A stretch of 64,000 bases of DNA from an uncultured Rivularia sp. (GTDB taxonomy: Bacteria > Cyanobacteriota > Cyanobacteriia > Cyanobacteriales > Nostocaceae), in NCBI GenBank assembly GCA_963665115.1, contig OY762007.1, positions 2,816,001 through 2,880,000 of the forward strand, written 5' to 3'. The notes under the pieces are model-generated. The model was not told the origin of the DNA and did not search any database. It saw only the letters and a list, made by a program, of their open reading frames with translations. The translations under genes and the position numbers were made by a program. Below are positions 50,565-59,663 of the stretch, piece after piece (the stretch's first letter is position 1; the number at the start of each line of letters is the position of its first letter).

Positions 50565-51068
50565 TTATTGATTCTGCGCTGCAATAAAGAAAGGTAAATC
50601 AATTTCTGGTGCTGAATAACCAAACTGCGTTAAAGCTGCGGAAACTTGTCCTCGATGATGAGTTCCATGATTAACTACATGACTTAAAATATTACTAAGC
50701 TGTAAAGATTTTTCGCTACCTTCTGTAGTTTTATATTCAATAATATTTCCCAATCTATCTGCATCAATTTCCATTAAAAATTCGCTCCAATTTGCCGATT
50801 GATTTTTTATTTCGTTTTCAAGTTGTTTTCTATCGGAACATAATTCTTCATCTAATCCAGAAACAGTAAATGGTTGATTCACGCAACGCCCATACCAAAT
50901 TTTATCCGCTAATAAACTATGATTTAAGGTACCGTGAATGCTTTTGAAAAACAAACCGCATTCACGATAATAATCAGTGTCGGAGACAGATTTTAAATAT
51001 TCATAGAGTCTACCAAAAGCCCAATTATGATATTGCGTTAGAGTTGAAAACTGTTGCTTTATATCCAT
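50565..51068 (-). CDS. DinB family protein
   Basis: SIHGTLNH and HVVNHGTHHRGQ motifs. Confidence 0.9.
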   Translation of the reverse strand: MDIKQQFSTLTQYHNWAFGRLYEYLKSVSDTDYYRECGLFFKSIHGTLNHSLLADKIWYGRCVNQPFTVSGLDEELCSDRKQLENEIKNQSANWSEFLMEIDADRLGNIIEYKTTEGSEKSLQLSNILSHVVNHGTHHRGQVSAALTQFGYSAPEIDLPFFIAAQNQ

Positions 51069-51295
51069 GATTTTATTGATAATTTTAGTCTTATTTTAAA
51101 TTTAAGTAACTAAACAGAAATAACTACAGCTGTTGTTAAATTAATTAACTTTAACTATTTGTTACCATTTTCTATTACTTAAAATTTAGTTTACCAAAAT
51201 TTTACATAAATAGCCGTAAATATAAATTAATTGTAAAGCTTGTTTAATTAAAATGAATGTGGTATCAGTAAAAATACTATATTTATCGTATTTTT

Positions 51296-52015
51296 ATGAA
51301 CCGCAAATTAACATTAGGCTTTATCCTACCTTTCTTATTTTCCACAGCAATCCCTGCTAAGGCTCAATCTCGATTGCTAGATAAAAATACTGCTTTGCAA
51401 ACAGTTGCTGCACGGATATTAAATGACAGTCAATATGGCAACGTGCAAATGAATTGCCTTTCATTCGTCACGGTTAACTCAAACACTTCATTTTTCGACT
51501 TCATAGTACATGAAAAACATGGTGGTGGATGTCCTAGTGTTGGCAATTCCAAACTTATATTCGAGCGTTTCCGAATTAATCGCGATACTTCCAGAGTCGA
51601 ACAATTCGATAAAGTTGCCAATCGTTGGATGGCTGAAAATAGAGTTCAGCTTAAGAAAGCAAACGTTCCGATATTTGTGGGGGGATTAGATAAAAATGCC
51701 TTAGCATTTAACAACTTTATGCAGGATAATATTGGTAAAACTGTTTATTTAGAAATCATTTTTGGTAGTACAATTCCCCAAGGTTATCGTTCCCCAGAAA
51801 GTGCGCCTTTCTTTGAAGTAAGAGAACAACCAAACAAACGAAATTCAAAGTTTAATACTTACTTTATGCAGCAAGCCGGAAACGGTTATAACTGGGGTAA
51901 AGTGACTAATTACGATGAGAAAAATCGTAAGTTATCCGGCTTTTTTAAAGTTGGAAAACCGAAGAAAATAAATGATAGATGGACTTCTTTTGATATAACG
52001 TTTATTCCGCAGTAA
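51296..52015 (+). CDS. Secreted hypothetical protein
   Basis: Signal peptide (AKA-Q), HEKHGGGCP motif. Confidence 0.65.
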   Translation: MNRKLTLGFILPFLFSTAIPAKAQSRLLDKNTALQTVAARILNDSQYGNVQMNCLSFVTVNSNTSFFDFIVHEKHGGGCPSVGNSKLIFERFRINRDTSRVEQFDKVANRWMAENRVQLKKANVPIFVGGLDKNALAFNNFMQDNIGKTVYLEIIFGSTIPQGYRSPESAPFFEVREQPNKRNSKFNTYFMQQAGNGYNWGKVTNYDEKNRKLSGFFKVGKPKKINDRWTSFDITFIPQ

Positions 52016-52317
52016 GAGAGAAAGGTAGTTAGGAGTTAGGAGTTAGGAGTTAGGAGTTTTTAATAATATGGTTTTTTAGTCCATTTCAATGGACTTTTGC
52101 TTAAGAGCGGGGAATTACATTCCTCAGCGGATTAGGGTTTTTGTTAAATATCGTGGTGCGTTACGGCATCCGCTACTTGGTAATTAAAACCATTACATTT
52201 AGTAGCCGTAACACACCCTACAATTGAAATACAGTACTTTGCAGTTAAATAAGGTACAACTTGATATCAAAAAAATCTTGTGGAGTGGGGCATCCCTGCC
52301 CGCTAGAATGTAACAAT

Positions 52318-53559
52318 TTATAAAATATTATTATTAACGTACAGTAGAATATCTTGAAGTAATCCGACAGTAAAACCTAAAACACCACCTAAAGTGACGA
52401 TAGCCTGTAATTCATTTTTAACGATTCCTTCGATGGCATTTTCTAAATCAGCGGGTGATGTTGATTTGATTCTATCAATGATTACTTGATCGATTGATAA
52501 AATTGGAATTGTTTGAGCAACTATTTTTTCTAAATCTTTTTCTAAGTAACGCTCTAATAGTAATGCTAATTCTTTACTGACTACTTCTAGTGATGAATTC
52601 ATTACTTGCGAATTGCTTAAGCGGTTTAATAGTAAAGTCGCTATTTTTTCCCAATCTAAGGATTTGCTGAAACCTTCTAATAATTCACCACCACGGGTTC
52701 TGATGTATTGACGAACGGTATCTCCGGTGGTTTTACGCAGTTGACGCACGGTACCCATTGGTAGGTTTTGCAAAGAGACGTTTTGCACAATTTTACGAAT
52801 GCGATCGCGAAGTTGTAAGTCTTGAGTTAATTCTTTAATGCGGGAATTAGTTGCGTCTTTTTCGTCTAAGCAATAAGTACGCAAACGGGTTAAGCTGTTG
52901 CGTAAGCCGAAGAGGTTGGCTACTACCCAATATGTACCGCTAGTTCTTTCGCGGAAGCTTTCGTCAATAGTTTGAATTGTGCGGTCTGTGAGAAAATCAA
53001 TTATGGCTAAACGAATTGTTTCTGGTGGTAAAACTACTTGTAGCAACCAGTCAGCCAAACGAGAAGATTGAACGTCATTGAGTTGGAATTCTAAGAGTAT
53101 TTGGTCGAATATTTGATCAATTTGTGCTTCTAAAAAATCTTCTCTTCGTGCTAAAGCTTTTAATAAGCGCGGTAATGATTCTCCGAGCAAATCTTTAAGA
53201 ATCCCTGCCAGGATTTTAGTAGTTTTTTGCTCTTTGTCGTCTTTTATTTGGTTGATTGCCATTTGCAGCAACCACAGAATCCCTGCTTCTACTCGCTCTC
53301 TTTCTAACAAGCGTCGTGCCAGTTTTTGTAATTCTTCTGGTGTCAGCAGCGACTGCATTATTGTTTTAGAAACGTTTTTGGCCAAACGCTCTTGATTGCG
53401 AGGTATCAATCCGGGCGTAAATGGAAGCTTTTTCCCACCAATATAAATTGCCTGATAAGGGCGGAATAACATTTTGATGGCTAAATCATTAGTGAAATAG
53501 CCGATAATTCCACCTGCTACGGGGGGAGTGATATATAACCAGAGATTAGACAAATCCAC
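52318..53559 (-). CDS. DUF445 family protein
   Basis: [28 protein letters not shown] and ELQAI..LGGVLG motifs. Confidence 0.9.
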   Translation of the reverse strand: MDLSNLWLYITPPVAGGIIGYFTNDLAIKMLFRPYQAIYIGGKKLPFTPGLIPRNQERLAKNVSKTIMQSLLTPEELQKLARRLLERERVEAGILWLLQMAINQIKDDKEQKTTKILAGILKDLLGESLPRLLKALARREDFLEAQIDQIFDQILLEFQLNDVQSSRLADWLLQVVLPPETIRLAIIDFLTDRTIQTIDESFRERTSGTYWVVANLFGLRNSLTRLRTYCLDEKDATNSRIKELTQDLQLRDRIRKIVQNVSLQNLPMGTVRQLRKTTGDTVRQYIRTRGGELLEGFSKSLDWEKIATLLLNRLSNSQVMNSSLEVVSKELALLLERYLEKDLEKIVAQTIPILSIDQVIIDRIKSTSPADLENAIEGIVKNELQAIVTLGGVLGFTVGLLQDILLYVNNNIL

Positions 53560-53756
53560 GATAGAAGTTAAGAGTTAAGAGTTAGGAATTGGGAGTTAGG
53601 AGTTAGGAGTTGGGAGTTAGGAATTATAAGTTAGAAGTTAATCAAAAAAATTTACTTGAATAATTAAGGGATCTATCACGTGACTATTTCACAGCAATTT
53701 GAATGTTATCAAATTAGATGTTTTGAAAAATAATTTATCTAAGAAAAAACTAATTT

Positions 53757-53872
53757 GGGACTTCCAAAAAATAATTTATCTAAAATAATTGTAGTGCGAG
53801 CATCTTGCTTGCTATATCTCAAGCGAGCAAGATGCTCGCACTAAAATTGGATATTTTTTAATTTGGAAGTCC
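53757..53872. mobile_element. MITE-like element with GGACTTCCAAA terminal inverted repeats enclosing a palindromic dispersed repeat
   Basis: GGACTTCCAAA (53758-53768) and TTTGGAAGTCC (53862-53872) flank GTAGTGCGAGCATC...GATGCTCGCACTA. Confidence 0.55.
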
Positions 53873-53941
53873 TCTATTATATATTTAAGTTGAAAATTCC
53901 CCGTTTTCACCACTAAAAATTCCTCACTCCTCACTCCTAAC

Positions 53942-54631
53942 TTACCTCTTCGTTACTACCAGCACTCCCATCATACCGTTTGCGATAGGATAGTGTACCG
54001 CATTTACAAAACCAACTTCGCTAGCTATTTTAATTTGCTCTTTACCTAAAGGAAAGCGCTCTAAGCTGGGATTGATATAAGCGTATTCTTCTTTCAAACC
54101 CATTTGACTGGCTGCGGGAACCACTAGATTATCTAAATACCATTGCTGGAAACCGCGCATCAAAGTATTTTCGGGACGATGAAAATCTAAGATTGCGGCT
54201 TTTGCTTGTGTCTTTAAAACTCGATGTAATTCTTTTAAGCAAAGGGGAATATCTGTAACGTTTCTCAATCCATAACCCATTGTCGCTGCATCAAATTGAT
54301 TGTCGTCGAAAGGTAATTCGAGTACATCAGCTTCTATCCAGGAAATGGGGGGAGTAGGATAATAATCTTTGCTGCGCTGTTTTGCGACTTCTAATAACTC
54401 TGAGGAAAAGTCTACAGCTTCTACTTTCCCACTTGTTCCAACTCTACGAGCCATACGGAAAGCTAAATCCCCGCTGCCGCAACATAAATCCAAACAGGTA
54501 TCTCCCGGATTTGCTGCGCTCCATTTAACCGTCATTTCCTTCCATATCCGGTGTTGTCCAAGACTCAACCAATCGTTTAACTGGTCGTAAACAGGCGCAA
54601 TGCGGTTAAAAATGGAGCGAATTTCAGACAT
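53942..54631 (-). CDS. menG: Demethylphylloquinol/menaquinone methyltransferase (UbiE/MenG)
   Basis: IAPVYDQLND.LS.G.HR.WK, LDLCCGSGDL and GYGLRNV motifs. Confidence 0.9.
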   Translation of the reverse strand: MSEIRSIFNRIAPVYDQLNDWLSLGQHRIWKEMTVKWSAANPGDTCLDLCCGSGDLAFRMARRVGTSGKVEAVDFSSELLEVAKQRSKDYYPTPPISWIEADVLELPFDDNQFDAATMGYGLRNVTDIPLCLKELHRVLKTQAKAAILDFHRPENTLMRGFQQWYLDNLVVPAASQMGLKEEYAYINPSLERFPLGKEQIKIASEVGFVNAVHYPIANGMMGVLVVTKR

Positions 54632-54725
54632 TTTCAGTTATCAATTATCAATTATCAATTATCAATTATCAATTATCAAGCATTTATTGTTCATTTTTCA
54701 TTGTTGATTGATAATTGTTCATTGA

Positions 54726-55670
54726 TTAGTCGTAATGAGCGCAATTGAGTGTCAGTGATAACAATTGTGCGGAGATGTGAATCAGCTTTAGTTCATCTTC
54801 TCGCAAAGTACAAGTTTTTTTCCACTGTAGCGATAGCACTGCGGTAACTTGATTTGCGTGAACGATGGGGACAACCAAATGCGATTTTATATCTGTATCT
54901 GAATAGTGAGCAACTTCTTTAAGTTTCTCGTCTTTAGTTACATTTACGCAAACTTTCATGTTGCTGGTTGCAATAGATTCCTCTATTAAAGGGTCTTTAT
55001 CCAACCAGTTTTTCAATATCCCGTCTTGACTAAAAGTACCGCAGCTAGAACTCAAGCTGCCGTTTTCTACTAACTGAAGAATACAGACATCAGTAGCAAA
55101 AGTTTCCCCATATATTTCAGCAATTGGTGAAAGACTTTCTTCCTTACTAGAAACAGTTTTTGTAACCTGTAGGGATGAAGTCAATAACGCCATTTGTGAA
55201 TTTGCACGACGCAATTCTTCTGTACGCTGCTTAAGTAAATCATAGGTTTCAGCGGCACGTTGGACAACTCCCTTGAGTTCTTCGGGGTCCCAAGGCTTGG
55301 TAATATATCTGTAAACTTGTCCGGCATTAATAGCGTCTACAAGGTCTTCGATATCGGTAAAACCAGTCAAAATGATTCTTACCGTATCGGGAAATTGAGG
55401 TAAAGTTTTGCTGAGAAATTCAGTTCCCTTCATTTCTGGCATTCTTTGATCGGAGATAATGACAGCAACTTCTCCTTCCTCAGCCAACACTTGTAAAGCA
55501 CTACTACCACTGTCTGCTTTCAAAACTTGAAAGTCACGGCGAAAGGTTCGATACAACAAATCCAGATTATCCGGTTCGTCGTCTACTACTAGGATTTTTT
55601 GTTTCTTACGTTTTTCTGTAGTCATTAACTTATTGCAAATATTATTTAGGTCTGGGATGAGATTATTCAT
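54726..55670 (-). CDS. Response regulator with C-terminal GAF domain
   Basis: VVDDE, ISDQRMP, ILTGF and ITKPW receiver motifs; GAF-like C-terminus. Confidence 0.9.
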   Translation of the reverse strand: MNNLIPDLNNICNKLMTTEKRKKQKILVVDDEPDNLDLLYRTFRRDFQVLKADSGSSALQVLAEEGEVAVIISDQRMPEMKGTEFLSKTLPQFPDTVRIILTGFTDIEDLVDAINAGQVYRYITKPWDPEELKGVVQRAAETYDLLKQRTEELRRANSQMALLTSSLQVTKTVSSKEESLSPIAEIYGETFATDVCILQLVENGSLSSSCGTFSQDGILKNWLDKDPLIEESIATSNMKVCVNVTKDEKLKEVAHYSDTDIKSHLVVPIVHANQVTAVLSLQWKKTCTLREDELKLIHISAQLLSLTLNCAHYD

Positions 55671-56026
55671 TGATTTATTCTTTTACATCATATGTGCTTT
55701 TTTATATGGGATACAAATCGAACTTCCGAATCCATTATTTTTGATAACTGTATTTATAACTGACGTAAATGCACTATTCTCTTGTTAAAGCAGGTTAAGA
55801 TTGTCCGAGAAAACACGGTATTTAAATCCACTTTATATGTGAGATTATTCTTTAATAACTCATAATTTTCGTTAGCGGTTGAGTATTCACCCCAAGCAAA
55901 TGGTTTATTTTTTTTACTTTATTCTTCATAATCTTTAACAATTCTGTAACTATATGTTTTATCTAGGCACGCTCGTTTACTATTAGGGCATAAAATGATT
56001 TTTATTGCTCCGCGTTTTCCTCAGTT

Positions 56027-57116
56027 ATGACAGATTTACCACCCAACCCTCAAAATGCTGAAAATCAACCCAATCAGGAACTATCACAAGAATTATTGCG
56101 AAAACTAAGGCAAAAAGAAGGAAACTGGGTGGAATGGGGAGAAGCTTGTGCTTATCTGCAAAAATCTGGTTATAATCCTCAAGATATTTTTGAAGCTACA
56201 GGTTTTGAACCAATTCAGCAAAATCAAATAATTGTTGGTTCTCAAGTTTACAACTCCCTAGAAAAAGGTGGGGCTTCGGAGGAAGTGAAAGCCCATTACT
56301 CGCAACGAGGAAGCGATTTATTGTACGAGTTTCGGATGCTTACTCAAGAAGAAACGTGCGAGTGCGGCCGAACTTGCCTTTAATCATAAAGTTGATGCAG
56401 ACGAAGTTAAAGAACTAGCCAGAGCAATCAAAGATTATTCCCGCTTGCGTAGTTTACCTGAAGGGTTTTCCGCACATCCAGGAGATGCAGTTGCTTATCA
56501 AACTTGGAAACAAGCCCGACAAAAATCAGATTTACAGTTGCGATCGCGCTTTATTGCCAAGGGTTTAAAGTTTGCACATACGGATACGGCACGAAAAAAA
56601 ATCGAACAGCTATTAACTGATTTTACAGTAGTTCCTCAACGCCCCGCACCGCTACTACCCTTTTACCGTCTGGAATCTGATGCAGAAATGTCTCGCGTAG
56701 TTCCCGTGGTAGGTGAGTTACCGCTGACACCAGATGATTTAAAAGCGGTTCCCATGGTGGAAGAAGACGGCCCATTTAACATGGTGAAATTTCAAGGTGT
56801 TGGTGCATGGGTACCATTACCAGGTTGGCAAGTAGTGTCAAATGCCGAAGATCCCGTAGTAATATTGTGTCAAAATCATAAATTTCCCAATCAAGAGCAA
56901 AACGTTCCGCAGCAAGTAATGGTAGCCGTAGATCGCGCTCAAAGAAAATGGGATGATGGCGGTTATTTCGTGGTAAATAATTCAGGAGAATTAGATTTTC
57001 AGTGGTTTGAAACCGAACCAGAAGTAGAAATATTAGGAAGATTAATTGTCATCGTCAAACCCAAGAGAATTTTGGATGAAGAGTTTACCAAAGATTCTTG
57101 GCAGATTGATGAGTAA
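56027..57116 (+). CDS. raf1: RuBisCO accumulation factor 1, split by +1 frameshift at ~56352-56354
   Basis: KEGNWVEWG, IFEATGFEPIQQNQIIV, HPGDAVA, WVPLPGWQV and C-terminal WQIDE; removing one A gives LTQEERASAAEL. Confidence 0.93.
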
Positions 57117-57277
57117 ATTGGGTAATTGGTAATTGGGGATTGGGCATTGGAGTATTTAGTTTAAGCAGTGCGAGCATCTTACTCGCTCGATACTAGCGAG
57201 CAAGATGCTCGCACTACTAATCTCCTTGTCTCCCCCTCTCCCCCCTCTCCCCATCCCCTTGTCTCCCCATCTCCCCA

Positions 57278-58312
57278 TCACCCCCTCCCATACTCTCTGG
57301 GAAGTGCAATCAAAAACTCCGTACCAATTCCGGGAGTAGAATGGCATTCTAATTTACCTTTGTGTTTATCAACAATAATTTTATAGCTTGTTGATAATCC
57401 TAAACCCGTACCTTTTCCAACAGCTTTAGTAGTAAAAAAGGGATTAAATATTTTTGTTCTAACTTCTTTTGTTATTCCCATCCCATTGTCAGTAATTCTT
57501 ATTAACGCAAAGCTTTCTTGAGTTTCGGTGCTAATTTTAATTTGCGGATTGGATGATTTTTCTAAAGCATCAATAGCATTAATCATAATATTCATAAATA
57601 CTTGATTTAATTGTCCCGCATAGCATTCCACGCGAGACGATTTACCATATTCTTTGATTATTTTAATTTCTGGACGGTTCGATTCTGCTTTAAGTTTGTT
57701 TTGTAAAATCATCAAAGTGCTATCAATACCATCATGGATATCAACATCTTTAATTTCAGCTTCATCCAAACGGGAAAAGTTGCGTAGAGAAAGAATAATT
57801 TTTTTGATGCGTTCGGCACCAACTGTCATAGAATCCAATAGCTTGGGAAAATCTTCTTTAATAAAATCAAGTTCGATTGCTTCTATTTTTGCTTGCAGTT
57901 CGGGAATGGGGTTTAAAGAAGATTTTTGATAGCATTCTAATAAGTTAAATAAATCTTCCGCGTATTTAGATACGTGAGTGAGATTGCTATAAATAAACCC
58001 TATGGGATTGTTGATTTCGTGAGCAACGCCAGCAACCATTACTCCTAAAGCAGACATTTTTTCCGATTCTATCAGTTGCGCTTGCATTGCTTTAAGGTTT
58101 TGCAAGGCTTTTTCTAATTCATGACTCCGTTGCTCTACAATTTTATTTGATTGTGCTAATTCGGTAATTACTTTTTTAAGTAAATATTCTTTTTTATCAT
58201 TGCTTTCTTCTAATAAAGTTTGATTTATTTGGGAACGTTCCAATTTCTTTTGCAAAATCCGATTAGTTTTTTCAAATTCCTTGATTTTTTGTTCATACTC
58301 ATATGCCTCCAT
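57278..58312 (-). CDS. Cytoplasmic sensor histidine kinase with no input domain
   Basis: AGVAHEINNP H-box, NQVFMN N-box, DNGMG, FNPFFTTK and GTGLGL. Confidence 0.92.
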   Translation of the reverse strand: MEAYEYEQKIKEFEKTNRILQKKLERSQINQTLLEESNDKKEYLLKKVITELAQSNKIVEQRSHELEKALQNLKAMQAQLIESEKMSALGVMVAGVAHEINNPIGFIYSNLTHVSKYAEDLFNLLECYQKSSLNPIPELQAKIEAIELDFIKEDFPKLLDSMTVGAERIKKIILSLRNFSRLDEAEIKDVDIHDGIDSTLMILQNKLKAESNRPEIKIIKEYGKSSRVECYAGQLNQVFMNIMINAIDALEKSSNPQIKISTETQESFALIRITDNGMGITKEVRTKIFNPFFTTKAVGKGTGLGLSTSYKIIVDKHKGKLECHSTPGIGTEFLIALPREYGRG

Positions 58313-58318
58313 AATTAA

Positions 58319-59473
58319 TTACTCCACCCCTAAAAGTAAAGTGACAAAAGTATCGTGATGCAATCTACTTGGAGTACCACTTTGTAAAGGTGAAATTTCA
58401 CCATTCGTATAAAAACCACAACTGGGTACAGCTTGACTTAGAGAGGTTTTAGCTAGTTGATACTCTTCCTTAGTTCGCATACCTAAGAGTTGATGACGAG
58501 CAAGACAAGAGAAAAATAAAGCAGCTTGCGGTTGATTTCCGGGATAGGTTTTCAAAGCTTTTGTAATTGAAGTTTTAGCCGCAGATAAAATATCTTCACG
58601 ACTTGCTTGGGCTATTTGTACTACTGCCTGTTCGGGTACTTGTGCTAAATAATAAATGCTTTTACTTTGCCGATCGCAATTATAAGGCGCTCTTGTATAG
58701 AAATCGTTGGCTTGCGGATCTAAAATTGCTAAAGGATACTCAGGTGAAGGTGTAAGCCCACCGATGTAATCATCGTAAAAGTCTAAAGCTGGTTGATTGT
58801 CTATTTCGTAAACAATATTTTTATCGGCTTTACTAATTACAGCTTTTCTACCGATAGGGTGCCAACCATTTGCTACACCATAAGAAAACAATATTTTTCC
58901 TGAAAATATTAGAATTGGTACTGAATCATTCAAAATTTCAGTATTAAAAAACTGATAGCTTTGATGGAATTTCCTATTGTCTATAGATAATCCACCTAAA
59001 ATAGGAAAATTTTCACCTAACGCTTGCTTCAAGCTATCTACAATTGAAACTGCATCAACTGTAAGACTTTCGGGAGTTGTCAGGCAAAATTGATGAGATT
59101 TGTGATTACTTTTTGCTTGCGCTTGTTCGACTGCTTGTTTTGTCGCTGCAACTATATCTTTAGAAAGTCCTTTTCCAATACCAGCACGGATTTCAACTTC
59201 ATCGGAACAAAACAGCATCAAAGTCACGGAATCTTCCTCAAACTCTAATACCGAAGACATTTCCGCATCTGAGGTACAGCCAATTAATTCAATTCCGGGG
59301 AAAGCTCGGTTAATTTCTTGCAAAATAACGGAATGCTCGAAATCAATTGCAGCGAAAAGAATTCCAGCTGCTGGAATCTCTCCCGCTAAAGTGATTTGAC
59401 ACTGTTCTAATACTTCTGCAATAGCAGAATCGGAATCTGGATCGTTACTGTGCCCAACAGCTACCCTAAACAT
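58319..59473 (-). CDS. FIST (FIST_N/FIST_C) signal transduction protein
   Basis: LIGCTS, ILGG, GWHPIG, VYEIDNQPA, FSCLAR and GFYTNGEI motifs. Confidence 0.92.
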   Translation of the reverse strand: MFRVAVGHSNDPDSDSAIAEVLEQCQITLAGEIPAAGILFAAIDFEHSVILQEINRAFPGIELIGCTSDAEMSSVLEFEEDSVTLMLFCSDEVEIRAGIGKGLSKDIVAATKQAVEQAQAKSNHKSHQFCLTTPESLTVDAVSIVDSLKQALGENFPILGGLSIDNRKFHQSYQFFNTEILNDSVPILIFSGKILFSYGVANGWHPIGRKAVISKADKNIVYEIDNQPALDFYDDYIGGLTPSPEYPLAILDPQANDFYTRAPYNCDRQSKSIYYLAQVPEQAVVQIAQASREDILSAAKTSITKALKTYPGNQPQAALFFSCLARHQLLGMRTKEEYQLAKTSLSQAVPSCGFYTNGEISPLQSGTPSRLHHDTFVTLLLGVE

Positions 59474-59663
59474 ATACGCACCTCTGTATTTCTTGGGATA
59501 AGGTTATTATTCCCGGATTTCAAAGCAGAGTTAAAGGTAGGTTGGTATTTAATACAGTTAGGAGTTAGGAGTGAGCAGTGAACAATTAAGACTGTAGTGG
59601 GAGCGTCTCGCTCGCTAAAAAATCTTTTCTACCCTTTCTTCCTCCTCTCCCCCTCTCGTCAAA

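Noticed and set aside
56027..57116. Programmed frameshifting or true pseudogene for raf1 and the other split genes
   Set aside because: No slippery heptamer or stimulatory structure seen; uniform +1 homopolymer lesions fit sequencing error better
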